Part shown: in pieces, positions 39,932 through 49,352 of the stretch | Layout of the letters: every line of letters starts with the position of its first letter | Position numbering within the stretch: the first letter of the stretch is position 1 | Assembly: GCA_034439715.1 (NCBI GenBank) | Contig: JAWXAY010000029.1 | Coordinates: 147,435-211,434, forward strand | Length of the DNA: 64,000 bases | Reading direction: 5' to 3' | Source: Pseudomonadota bacterium | Lineage (GTDB): Bacteria > Bdellovibrionota > Bdellovibrionia > Bdellovibrionales > SG-bin7 | Notes under the pieces: generated by a model | Databases searched by the model: none | What the model was told of the DNA's origin: nothing | Seen by the model: the letters and a program-made list of their open reading frames with translations, nothing else | Position numbers and translations under genes: made by a program

Positions 39932-40510
39932 GTGCATAAATCTCCCATCAGTGAATTTAGAAAGTGGTTCCAAAGGGCAAAGAAGAAAGACGCTAACATT
40001 GCTGACAGTATGATATTGGCTACCGTTAAAAAAAACCGGCGGCCCTCAGCAAGAACCTTACTTTTAAAGGGCTTTGACTCTAAAGGCTTTCGTTTTTTTA
40101 CAAACTATGAGAGCCGTAAATCTCAAGAAATAAATGTTAACATTTTCGGAGCTTTGGTTTTTAACTGGAAAAATATCAGCGTACAGGTTCGTATTGAAGG
40201 CAAAATTTCAAAACTTTCTCGGCAGGCATCTATAGCGTACTTTAAGAACCGTCCCCGCCTAAGCCAGTTGAGCGCATGGGCCTCACCACAAAGCCAAGTG
40301 ATCCCCGATCGAAAATTCCTAATTAATAAAGTTAAATTTTACGAAGATAAATTTAAAAATGGTATTGTTCCCTGCCCCCCTCATTGGGGAGGCTATATTC
40401 TTAAACCTGATTATATTGATTTTATATTTTTGCAAATTAACCGCCTTCACGATCGCTTTACTTATCGTAAAAAGGGCTCTCACTGGAAGATCGAAAGAGT
40501 TGCCCCTTAG
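39932..40510 (+). CDS. pdxH: Pyridoxamine 5'-phosphate oxidase
   Basis: RTLLLK, FFTNYESRK, AWASPQS, PPHWGGY and RLHDR motifs. Confidence 0.95.
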   Translation: MHKSPISEFRKWFQRAKKKDANIADSMILATVKKNRRPSARTLLLKGFDSKGFRFFTNYESRKSQEINVNIFGALVFNWKNISVQVRIEGKISKLSRQASIAYFKNRPRLSQLSAWASPQSQVIPDRKFLINKVKFYEDKFKNGIVPCPPHWGGYILKPDYIDFIFLQINRLHDRFTYRKKGSHWKIERVAP

Positions 40511-40523
40511 GGCATACTGAGTC

Positions 40524-43196
40524 TTAGCGCATCCGCTTCCTGGCCGAATTCACCGGCATACGAGCGCTAGGCAAGCTCATTCCTAAATTTGCTACTCTTT
40601 CGCCATTTAATGTGTAGCGCACAAAGTCGCCAATTTCCGCTTTTACTAACAAGTTGTAAACCGTTCGGTAAGTGAAGCGATTTGATATCATTAACTTTCC
40701 GAATTCACGATAAAGCCGCGCAAATTCTTTCTTGTCGTCATCTTGAGACATAATGACTGATCGCATATGAGTGAGGTATTCGACCATTTTTTGAATAGTT
40801 TCTTTATTTTCGGCTAATACTAATTTCTTACACCTTTTTTTTGCCTCACCAATAGTAACAACCGTATTACGCCTTGCATCTTGGCGAGCCTGGTAAAATA
40901 ATTTTAATTTTTCATGGCAATAATCACGATTCTCGTCGTGATCGTAATAATAATCGCCGTAGGCGTTTACTCGTGACATATATTCAGGAGTAAAATAATC
41001 GTCCACTATGCGCTCAAGTTCTCTTATGAACTCGGTTGATCCACCCTCTAACAAATTCATTAAGGCATCGGTGGCATTTTTATTTAAATCCATTAACACT
41101 TCGATGTTGAGGTAACCTAGATCCCAGGGAATCCTAGCGTCGTCGACGTCGAGCTCTTCTAAGCCAGTATCCATATAAATCATTTCATCGATACTTTCTT
41201 TAAGATTGCTTTTCTTTGAATGATCGAACTGGAAGTTCCACACAGCCCGGCCATAATAATTACGGTTCGCTTGGTCATCGTCGTCATAATTAAATATTTT
41301 TTCGATCCCACCGTAAAATGCCTTGGTCAAATACTTGTGGGAATTGAATTCGATAGCTTCAGTTTTTCGACCAGTCAAATTGTACCATAAACTGGTAAAT
41401 GGCGAAATCGGATTAACGATGAGGCGGCGCTCCTCACGGTCAACAAAAATACCGTGATCGTATTTAGTGTCAATGTGATTGGCGTAGTCTTCGATTTTAC
41501 CTTGGCTGCTTTGATTATCCTTCATCCATACTTTATAGAGGAAGGGCAGACCAAACATAAATATACTTGAACCACCACTATCAGAGTTGGATTTATTGAT
41601 TTCTCGCGAAAGCTCAACGACTGCAACAGTGTTACCTAAGGCAATCAAAGCTTGTGCATCGTAATAGTTACCGATCATCATTTGTTCAAAAGATCTGCGG
41701 CCCGCCTCAAAGGAAAGATCAAACAAATAAGTTTTCCTTGCTTTATTGAGTTGGTTGGCCACAATATTACTGTAAGATATCGGACCCGAACCAATTGTAA
41801 CGCTCCCTGAGTTTAGGTTGATGTCGGCGATTTCTACCATAACTTTTGTTGGAGCGATTTTAGTGACAATTTTTTGTTCGGAAACTTCAGAAATAAATGT
41901 TGGTCCCACCACTACAGCAGCGTAGGTAACACCGAAAGTAAGCATGATGCCGCCAGAACCCATATAGCTAAACGAATCGTCGACACTCCAATACTTCGAA
42001 ATATTTTCAGCAGAAGGGTGTTTGAACACATAATCAGGGGCCATGACTTTAAGGCTGGGTACTTTACGACTTACTGTTTGAATCCGATTAAGAATTATCA
42101 TTCCGCCGGCAACAAAACCAAGTTGCCTAAAAAAAGATGCGGCGGGGCCAGACATATCAACCACAGTATGAAGGCCAGCGCCTCCCCCAATTCCTAGCAT
42201 GTCAGTCGCGGTATGTTGGTAGCCGTACCTTCCCGTTCCAGGTTGTAATAAAATTTTACTGTTCGCCAACAAGGCGTCACGATAGGGACCGGGCGGCACT
42301 TTAGACGGGTCATCAGGATCCGGGTTCGGATTTGGTTGACCGGGAATATGCGGAGTTAAATCGACAGATTTTACTGAAAGATCAATATTGGCATATATAA
42401 GAGGTTCAATTCGCCACTTAAATCGCGATTTATTTTTTACTTCTCTTGAAACCTCTACACTCTCAGACTTTTCGTTCTCGGTAATATTGTGAGCAGAGGA
42501 CTTTATTGCATCTTTAACTTCATCGCTACAGTTTGAAATTCCAGCTTCACCGCACAGTCGGTTTAACTCTTTATCAAATCCATCTTGACCACGAGCTACA
42601 ATACGAATAGATCCCGTGCCGCCGCTCATAGTCGGAAAGGCTGAATTCCAAAGCCTGGCCGCTGCTCTACCCTCAGGACTTAAAGATGTTTTTACTGAAT
42701 AGCCAATAGTACAAAGCTCACCAACTATCTCTTTGAAATTCACAGTTACAACGTCAGTTTCAAAACGACTTCCTGTAGAGCTATTCCAAGGTATCATCCC
42801 TTTATGGGGATCCCAAGATCGAACAAGGTCAAAAAATCGCGCGCTTTTGGCTTTGGCATTTATTTGATCTACAGCCTGAGGCAATGAGTCCTCATTACCT
42901 AAATAGCGGCGATAGTATTTATTGAGTTCATATTCCCAGTGTGCTTTCTGCTCATCTTTCCACTGTACGCCTCGGTTAGAAGCTGCAACCTTGTAAGTAA
43001 CTCGGGTTGAAGCGGCCTCTGCGGGAGGAGCAGATGGCAATACTGCGGGGGCTGAAATCTTAGCGGGTTCATCCCAGTCATACTCATTTGGAACATAGCC
43101 GAGGGACGCCTGAGCTGTGGTCAGTGAAGGTAAGGTTATTACTAGGGACAGTAGAGTAACTAACGCTACTTTTCCAATATGTAAAAAATCCAGCAT
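40524..43196 (-). CDS. Large hypothetical secreted protein
   Basis: GAGGTG RBS before ATG 43196; signal peptide ending TAQA; no family recognised. Confidence 0.7.
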   Translation of the reverse strand: MLDFLHIGKVALVTLLSLVITLPSLTTAQASLGYVPNEYDWDEPAKISAPAVLPSAPPAEAASTRVTYKVAASNRGVQWKDEQKAHWEYELNKYYRRYLGNEDSLPQAVDQINAKAKSARFFDLVRSWDPHKGMIPWNSSTGSRFETDVVTVNFKEIVGELCTIGYSVKTSLSPEGRAAARLWNSAFPTMSGGTGSIRIVARGQDGFDKELNRLCGEAGISNCSDEVKDAIKSSAHNITENEKSESVEVSREVKNKSRFKWRIEPLIYANIDLSVKSVDLTPHIPGQPNPNPDPDDPSKVPPGPYRDALLANSKILLQPGTGRYGYQHTATDMLGIGGGAGLHTVVDMSGPAASFFRQLGFVAGGMIILNRIQTVSRKVPSLKVMAPDYVFKHPSAENISKYWSVDDSFSYMGSGGIMLTFGVTYAAVVVGPTFISEVSEQKIVTKIAPTKVMVEIADINLNSGSVTIGSGPISYSNIVANQLNKARKTYLFDLSFEAGRRSFEQMMIGNYYDAQALIALGNTVAVVELSREINKSNSDSGGSSIFMFGLPFLYKVWMKDNQSSQGKIEDYANHIDTKYDHGIFVDREERRLIVNPISPFTSLWYNLTGRKTEAIEFNSHKYLTKAFYGGIEKIFNYDDDDQANRNYYGRAVWNFQFDHSKKSNLKESIDEMIYMDTGLEELDVDDARIPWDLGYLNIEVLMDLNKNATDALMNLLEGGSTEFIRELERIVDDYFTPEYMSRVNAYGDYYYDHDENRDYCHEKLKLFYQARQDARRNTVVTIGEAKKRCKKLVLAENKETIQKMVEYLTHMRSVIMSQDDDKKEFARLYREFGKLMISNRFTYRTVYNLLVKAEIGDFVRYTLNGERVANLGMSLPSARMPVNSARKRMR

Positions 43197-43298
43197 ACGC
43201 ACCTCGATGGCATTCTTTTGATTTGAAGAATTTACCATACTCTAGACGCGATGCGCAATAACATTGGTGCCGGAGTGTAAAGATTACAATCTATGTAA

Positions 43299-44270
43299 CT
43301 ATTTAATTTTTTTGATATTTCCTGTTTGGACGCGGTTGATGATCCACTGAATGAACTCAGGATCAGGGGTCAACATGTGCCCAAGATAATGATAATTCAA
43401 TCCTTCTAAGCGCTCAAGCAGTCCCTTTTCAATGCCCCCAGCAGCCACTAAAACAGGTAATATTAATGGCCGATTACCGCGGGCATTAATTTTGTTTACC
43501 AGTTCCCGAAGTTCTTTAGTGCGCTGATCGCGCTCTTCTGGAGGTGCATCATCCTTTAATGTAAATGGGTGGGTTGCAAAAAACTCTGACTTTGTTTTTG
43601 CGCGTTCGCTCTGTATTCGATCTGCGTGCAAGCCGAGATCTCGATGCCAAATATCATCATCTGCTTGTTGAACTGGCCCATGCGCCACAAAAATCACTTC
43701 TTCTTGTTTCGGATTGGAACTCAGCTCATGCGCTCTACTATACAATACCTTGGTTAACTCAATATCTTGGTCCATGGCGTTTTGAAAAATAACTTTCGTA
43801 ATCGATTTGGGTAATACTATTTTTTCGTCGTCAAAAAATTTGCTAACGACATCAAACATATACTTCTGTTGGCGAATAACGCCGCTCGCACTACTGACAT
43901 AAAAAGGAATAATTTTTAGCGTATCAATCTGATGTTTGCCCAGTCTATTTACTGCATGCTGAAAAGACGGCAAAGAAAACATACCGAAGGCAGTTTCTAG
44001 TGGTTTCCCAATAGCTTTTGCTGCAGCTGCGGTGACATCACATATCGCTTTCTCCCAAGGTTTACCATGTTCTTCGCTATTGAGGTGCTCATGAATCAAT
44101 TCGCATTGTGATTTGTCCGCGGGAAGCTCCGCGAAGTGATCCATTGCGGTTCCGTGGGCAAGGATTAAAACGCCTTCTGCAGCAAATGCTGGCGACTGTA
44201 CGAAAAGACTTAGTATTAAACCAATACCAACAGCAATACCAACACCTAAATTTCCGAAAATGTTTTTCAT
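43299..44270 (-). CDS. CbiX-like chelatase with signal peptide
   Basis: ILAHG and FVAHG halves of the CbiX fold; signal peptide ending PAFA|A. Confidence 0.7.
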   Translation of the reverse strand: MKNIFGNLGVGIAVGIGLILSLFVQSPAFAAEGVLILAHGTAMDHFAELPADKSQCELIHEHLNSEEHGKPWEKAICDVTAAAAKAIGKPLETAFGMFSLPSFQHAVNRLGKHQIDTLKIIPFYVSSASGVIRQQKYMFDVVSKFFDDEKIVLPKSITKVIFQNAMDQDIELTKVLYSRAHELSSNPKQEEVIFVAHGPVQQADDDIWHRDLGLHADRIQSERAKTKSEFFATHPFTLKDDAPPEERDQRTKELRELVNKINARGNRPLILPVLVAAGGIEKGLLERLEGLNYHYLGHMLTPDPEFIQWIINRVQTGNIKKIK

Positions 44271-44283
44271 AAAAACCCCCGTC

Positions 44284-45072
44284 TTACTTCTTATTCAAAT
44301 TCCAATTATATTCAAGATATTTAATTTCAACTGTTTTGTTTCTAATTCTGGCTTGGGCCGCCTTGTCATCTGTTAGAACGTCAGCATATTTAGCCATGAC
44401 ATCTTTGATCGAATTGAAACCAAGGTTTCCTTTTTCAAAGTCTTCTTTATACCAATCAAAAATCTTAGAAATCTCCAAGAACCCTGATTTCTTGTTGTAG
44501 TGATTTCTTGTGGAATCAGAGAGAAAAGATCTAATTCCATTTTCGAGTTGACTGTTTAGTTTCGCCGCCTGGAACGCCTCATTCGCCAACATCGGACAGC
44601 CTATTGAAGCACAGTTGACCGCAAAATGAATCCGAGGCTCCTTAAACTCTTTGCGAATAATCTCGTGCTCTATATAATCTAAGAAAGTCGTTTCATCAAA
44701 AAGTCGAATAAATTTTTTCTTCCAGGGCGAAGAGAACAGGCCACCAAGGTCTTTAATCGACTTCAGATTGGGATACTTAGTTAAAATCAAATCAAACGTA
44801 AAAGCATTGTAGGCATTGATTAGGAAAGCCAGCTTTTCTGCCTCAGGCCATGTCAGATAATCTTTTTTTGAAACTTGAGAAATGCTACTTAAATATTCAG
44901 TTAGCTGAACACTGTTACTCTTTAGTTTGCCATAATCTACTTGTGATGCCGTGCCCATATTCACTAAAACGACGTGATCCCTTAATATTTTATCCCAACT
45001 CGAATGATCAAAAGGAGCCCCCAAAACAGCACAAGAAAACAAATAAATTGCGCACACCACTGACCTTAACAT
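44284..45072 (-). CDS. DUF547 domain protein
   Basis: LAFLINAYNA, RIHFAVNCASIGCP, SKIFDWY and YNWNLN motifs. Confidence 0.9.
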   Translation of the reverse strand: MLRSVVCAIYLFSCAVLGAPFDHSSWDKILRDHVVLVNMGTASQVDYGKLKSNSVQLTEYLSSISQVSKKDYLTWPEAEKLAFLINAYNAFTFDLILTKYPNLKSIKDLGGLFSSPWKKKFIRLFDETTFLDYIEHEIIRKEFKEPRIHFAVNCASIGCPMLANEAFQAAKLNSQLENGIRSFLSDSTRNHYNKKSGFLEISKIFDWYKEDFEKGNLGFNSIKDVMAKYADVLTDDKAAQARIRNKTVEIKYLEYNWNLNKK

Positions 45073-45096
45073 TTAGTCTCTCCTCAATTTTTTCCG

Positions 45097-47214
45097 CTAC
45101 CCTCTTCGCCACGCGTGAATCATCTTCAAATAACCTAGTGCTTTAGTGGGAACATGGTTGCGACTCCAATTGCCAGCGGCAAACTTATTAGACTCGACAA
45201 GGGTTGGATAGATATGAATTGTTGCCATAATTTTTTTGAGCCCTAAACCATGTCTCATTGCAGAAATATATTCTATTATTATATCGCCGGCATGGGACCC
45301 CACAATTGTCGCTCCCAAAATTTTATCTTTGCCAGGAACGGTTAATACTTTAACGAAGCCATGATCCTCTGAGTCAGCGATGGCGCGATCCAAATCATCA
45401 ATTTCATAGACCGTCACTTCATAAGGGATTCCTTGCGCTTTAGCTTCACTTTCACTTAGACCCACCCTGGCTACTTCGGGATCTGTGTAGGTGCACCACG
45501 GAATGCAGGAATAGTCGGCCTTGCTCATTTTCAAAAAACCAAAGAGCGCATTCGATGCAGCGTAGTAGGCCTGATGGGCGGCTGTATGAGTAAATTGGTA
45601 GGGGCCTGCGACATCTCCACAAACAAAAATATTTGGATAAATCGTCTGTAGATACTCATTAATTTCAATGGTACCGCGATTGGTAATAGGAATTTTTAAT
45701 TCTTCTAAACCAAATCCTTTAACATTGGCCCTGCGTCCTACGGCTACTATTATCTCATCAAAGGTTATTGGAACACTTTGGCCCCCGTAATCACATGTCA
45801 ATATTTTTTTTAAACCGTCTACCGATACTGATTTAGCCTTGTGCCCAGTCAAAACCCGAATTCCCTCACGAACGAATTTTTCGTAAACGATTTTTGAAAC
45901 ATCAGAATCTTCGCGGGCCATTATTCGGTCCAAGCCTTCAACGATCGTTACCTGCGAGCCTAATCTTTGAAAGGATTGAGCTAGCTCACAACCAATTGGC
46001 CCTCCCCCAAGTACTAGCAAATTTTTTGGGAGCGACCTTAGGTTCCATAAATTATCGGATGTCAGAACAGAAACTTTATCTAATCCCGGAATGGGCGGAA
46101 CAAACGGACCCGCTCCAGTCGCAATAACAATGCTTCTAGTTGTGAGGGATCTTCCGCCAACACTGACGGTATAAGGTGACGTAATTTTTGCTTCACCTTG
46201 AATACAATCCACACCCAATTTAGTATAGCGATCAACTGAATCGTGAGGCTCAATTTTTTTAATAACACCTTGAATCCTTTCCATAACATCGGCAAAATCA
46301 AAATCTACCGACGTTGACTTAAAGCCAAACTCTTTAGCTCGCTTGGCATAGGAAAGCATTTTAGCAGAGCGAATGAGTGCTTTACTGGGGACACACCCTG
46401 TATTTAAACAATCCCCACCCATTTTATGTTTTTCAATTAAGGCCACCTTGGATTTTACAGCTGCGGCAATATAGGAGGTCACCAGTCCGGCTGCCCCCGC
46501 ACCAATAACCACCATATTATAGTCAAACTTATTAGGACGCGTGAAATTTTTAAGAACCTTTCTGCTTTTAAAGTAACTGACCACTTTTTTTATAAAAATA
46601 GGGAGTATGCCTAGCACAGCAAATGAAACAAAAAGCTGCGGCGAAAGCTTAAACTGACCAAGTTGCGAACCCGCGTAAACGTAAGCCATCGTGCCAGGTA
46701 ACATTCCAAGTTGGCTTACTAGATAAAACTTAAACGTTGAAAGTGGCGTGAGACCCATAACTAAATTAATAACCCAAAATGGCACAAGTGGAATAAGCCT
46801 AAGCGCAAACAAATAAAGTGCGCCCTCTTTTTCTATACCCTGATTGATTTCTTCTAATTTTTTGCGAAATGTCCCGCTCTGAAGTTTTTGTTGAACCCAA
46901 TCCCTCAAGAGATAACGGGCCGCTAAAAATGCGAGTGTCGCACCAATAGTCGAAGAGAATGATACAAGAATGATCCCCTTGGTAAAGCCAAATACCCCTC
47001 CACCAACCAAGGTCAAAAGGGCTGCACCGGGCAAACTGCAAGCTGCCATAATTATATAAATAAAAAAATACGCCGCCATAGTAAGCTGCGAGTTTTGTTC
47101 GTTAAACTGCTCGAATGTTTCGCGATTCATATATTGTTTTAAATCGAATGCAAAAAAAGCGGCAATAATTCCAATAAAAAATAGCAAAACTATACTCTTA
47201 ATTATTTTTTTCAT
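45097..47214 (-). CDS. VTT/DedA membrane domain fused to a pyridine nucleotide-disulfide oxidoreductase (MerA/Lpd-like)
   Basis: LRLIPLVPF (VTT); GAGAAG, GGDCLNTGCVPSK, GGGPIG and HIYPT. Confidence 0.9.
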   Translation of the reverse strand: MKKIIKSIVLLFFIGIIAAFFAFDLKQYMNRETFEQFNEQNSQLTMAAYFFIYIIMAACSLPGAALLTLVGGGVFGFTKGIILVSFSSTIGATLAFLAARYLLRDWVQQKLQSGTFRKKLEEINQGIEKEGALYLFALRLIPLVPFWVINLVMGLTPLSTFKFYLVSQLGMLPGTMAYVYAGSQLGQFKLSPQLFVSFAVLGILPIFIKKVVSYFKSRKVLKNFTRPNKFDYNMVVIGAGAAGLVTSYIAAAVKSKVALIEKHKMGGDCLNTGCVPSKALIRSAKMLSYAKRAKEFGFKSTSVDFDFADVMERIQGVIKKIEPHDSVDRYTKLGVDCIQGEAKITSPYTVSVGGRSLTTRSIVIATGAGPFVPPIPGLDKVSVLTSDNLWNLRSLPKNLLVLGGGPIGCELAQSFQRLGSQVTIVEGLDRIMAREDSDVSKIVYEKFVREGIRVLTGHKAKSVSVDGLKKILTCDYGGQSVPITFDEIIVAVGRRANVKGFGLEELKIPITNRGTIEINEYLQTIYPNIFVCGDVAGPYQFTHTAAHQAYYAASNALFGFLKMSKADYSCIPWCTYTDPEVARVGLSESEAKAQGIPYEVTVYEIDDLDRAIADSEDHGFVKVLTVPGKDKILGATIVGSHAGDIIIEYISAMRHGLGLKKIMATIHIYPTLVESNKFAAGNWSRNHVPTKALGYLKMIHAWRRG

Positions 47215-47321
47215 AATGTGTTAATTAGAACAAATGGTGGGAACTTTATCAACCTGACAATAGACCAGGTGGGCCTTTGTATTGGTTTGTTCAAACTTTT
47301 TATTTGGTGTAGGCTGTTTGA

Positions 47322-48047
47322 ATGAAAAAGGTGAATGGCGCAGTTGCAATTTTTGTAGAAACTCCAACGCTAACGCCCACCAAGCCACTCATCGCCTCGA
47401 TCATAGGCGCCGAAGCGGCATTAGAGCTCTACGAATTGAGCTGCGAAGCTACGGTTTCTATTATTCAAACGGCCCATCAGGAGCTCATCTCTGGGGGTGC
47501 GCCTGGCCTTGATATATACTGGGCCCCACAGGAAACAAAAGCAGCGGATACTCAGTACTGGCGAGATTTTCCGCTAATAAACCAAGGGCTCGGCGATCAG
47601 CCAGATCGAATTCACAATGTTTACGACACCCTTCTTAAGCAACATCCATTTGTCATCATGATTTATGCCGACACCCCCCACCTGACGAGTTCGCTCTATG
47701 TGAAAATTGGAATTCTATTTTCTCAACCTGATAAGGCCAAAGATTTTATAATTGGCCCTGTCGATTTCGGCGGCTACTATTTATTTGCCGGCAAAAAGGA
47801 AGTACCCCTATATGTTTGGAAGTCAGTTTCTTACACCGACACCAATGCCATAAATAATTTAGCCAGCACTTTAAATTTATCTGGAAGCGTCGCATGGATT
47901 GAAATGCACCCAAGCCTTGATGGCATTCGAGATGTCGAACGAGTTAGACTTCAACTGAATAAAGCCGGCAACCTAACGCCTGAACAAATGAAGCTCCGTG
48001 TTTTTCTCAATCGGGCAGTTAAGGCGCAAAAAGCTGAGAACACATGA
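47322..48047 (+). CDS. DUF2064/TIGR04282-like transferase
   Basis: Degenerate K.RL, QG.D...R, DTP and IGP..GGYYL motifs. Confidence 0.65.
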   Translation: MKKVNGAVAIFVETPTLTPTKPLIASIIGAEAALELYELSCEATVSIIQTAHQELISGGAPGLDIYWAPQETKAADTQYWRDFPLINQGLGDQPDRIHNVYDTLLKQHPFVIMIYADTPHLTSSLYVKIGILFSQPDKAKDFIIGPVDFGGYYLFAGKKEVPLYVWKSVSYTDTNAINNLASTLNLSGSVAWIEMHPSLDGIRDVERVRLQLNKAGNLTPEQMKLRVFLNRAVKAQKAENT

Positions 48048-48124
48048 GTTCTTTTTGCTGAAATGACTACACCATTTCGTGTCGATCTCAATGAACAAGC
48101 CGTGGTTAGGCTACGTTGTTCCTA

Positions 48125-48613
48125 TTAAGGACTTTTTGCAGCTTCCATCGGGTTTATAGGCGGTTGCCTTAATTGCCAAAAAAATTCTTTCAGCAAGCTG
48201 GAGCATGCGACTTCTCGAATTCCACCAATGACTTCGGGACGATGATTTAGGCGAGTATCGTTGAGCGTTTTGTAAAGCGATGTTACGGCACCAGCTTTGC
48301 TGTCAGCAGACCCGTAAACAACTCTGCCCATGCGGCTCTGAATAATGGCGCCGGCACACATTAGGCAGGGCTCAAGCGTCACATACAAGGTGCAGTCAGT
48401 AAGACGCCACCGGCCTAGTCTTAGGCAAGCAGCCTCAATTGCGAGGATTTCTGCGTGTGCCGTTGCTTTGTGGCTGATCTCTTTCAGATTATGAGCACTG
48501 CTTATTAATTCGTCAGCACAGACAATAACTGCACCAATAGGCACCTCTTGCTTCTGACCTGCGATTTTGGCTTCGGTCAGCGCTAAATCCATCCAGTATT
48601 CCAGGGGGTACAT
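48125..48613 (-). CDS. tadA: tRNA adenosine(34) deaminase
   Basis: EVPIGAV, HAE and TLEPCLMCAGA motifs. Confidence 0.93.
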   Translation of the reverse strand: MYPLEYWMDLALTEAKIAGQKQEVPIGAVIVCADELISSAHNLKEISHKATAHAEILAIEAACLRLGRWRLTDCTLYVTLEPCLMCAGAIIQSRMGRVVYGSADSKAGAVTSLYKTLNDTRLNHRPEVIGGIREVACSSLLKEFFWQLRQPPINPMEAAKSP

Positions 48614-48698
48614 CCAAACTCCTTGACGCTATTTATGACCCATTGCTATATCTCGTCAATCCTATTGCCGAAATTTCAGTAAAGGAAGGTGATTAAAA

Positions 48699-48890
48699 TT
48701 GGCACAAGTCAGAGTTCGCGATAACGAGTCTTTTGAACAAGCATTCCGTCGCTTTAAAAAGACCTGCGAAAAGTCCGGGATCCTTTCTGAAATTAAGAAA
48801 CGAGAACATTATGAAAAGCCTAGCGTTCAGGGAAAAAAGAAATCTATGGCCGCTCGTAAACGTTTAACAAAAAAAGCCAGAAGGTATTAA
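48699..48890 (+). CDS. rpsU: 30S ribosomal protein S21
   Basis: FRRFKK...REHYEKPS motif; AAGGAAGG RBS. Confidence 0.97.
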   Translation: MAQVRVRDNESFEQAFRRFKKTCEKSGILSEIKKREHYEKPSVQGKKKSMAARKRLTKKARRY

Positions 48891-48896
48891 TTCCTA

Positions 48897-49343
48897 ATGA
48901 GTATTCGAAACAAGATACTTGAAGATATCAAAACCGCCATGAAAGGCCGAGATCAAGTAACCCTAGACACATTAAGGTTTCTGAATTCGGCTATCAAAAA
49001 CAAAGAAATGGAGGCCGGGGCAACAGCATTAACCGATAATGATGTCCTGGCTGTCTTAAAGAAGTCCGTCAAGCAACGAAACGAGTCTATTGAGCAGTTT
49101 CAAAAGGCGGGACGCACGGATTTAGTGGACTCTGAAAAAGCAGGTTTAGCGATTTTGGAAAAGTATCTTCCCCAGGCTATGGGTCGGGATCAAATTGAAA
49201 AAATAGTTACAGAAGTCATTACATCTTTGAATGCCAACTCAATTAAACAAATGGGTGCCGTTATGAAAGAGGTTCAGGCAAAGTGTCAAGGAACGGCTGA
49301 CGGCAAGTTAGTAAGCGAAATAGTAAAAGCAAAACTTAGTTAA
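48897..49343 (+). CDS. GatB/YqeY domain protein
   Basis: AMK, KQRNESIEQF, YLP, MGAVM and ADGK motifs. Confidence 0.92.
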   Translation: MSIRNKILEDIKTAMKGRDQVTLDTLRFLNSAIKNKEMEAGATALTDNDVLAVLKKSVKQRNESIEQFQKAGRTDLVDSEKAGLAILEKYLPQAMGRDQIEKIVTEVITSLNANSIKQMGAVMKEVQAKCQGTADGKLVSEIVKAKLS

Positions 49344-49352
49344 TAAAAATTT

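Noticed and set aside
45097..47214. Mercuric reductase merA
   Set aside because: No C-terminal Cys-Cys pair, no HMA domain and no mer operon
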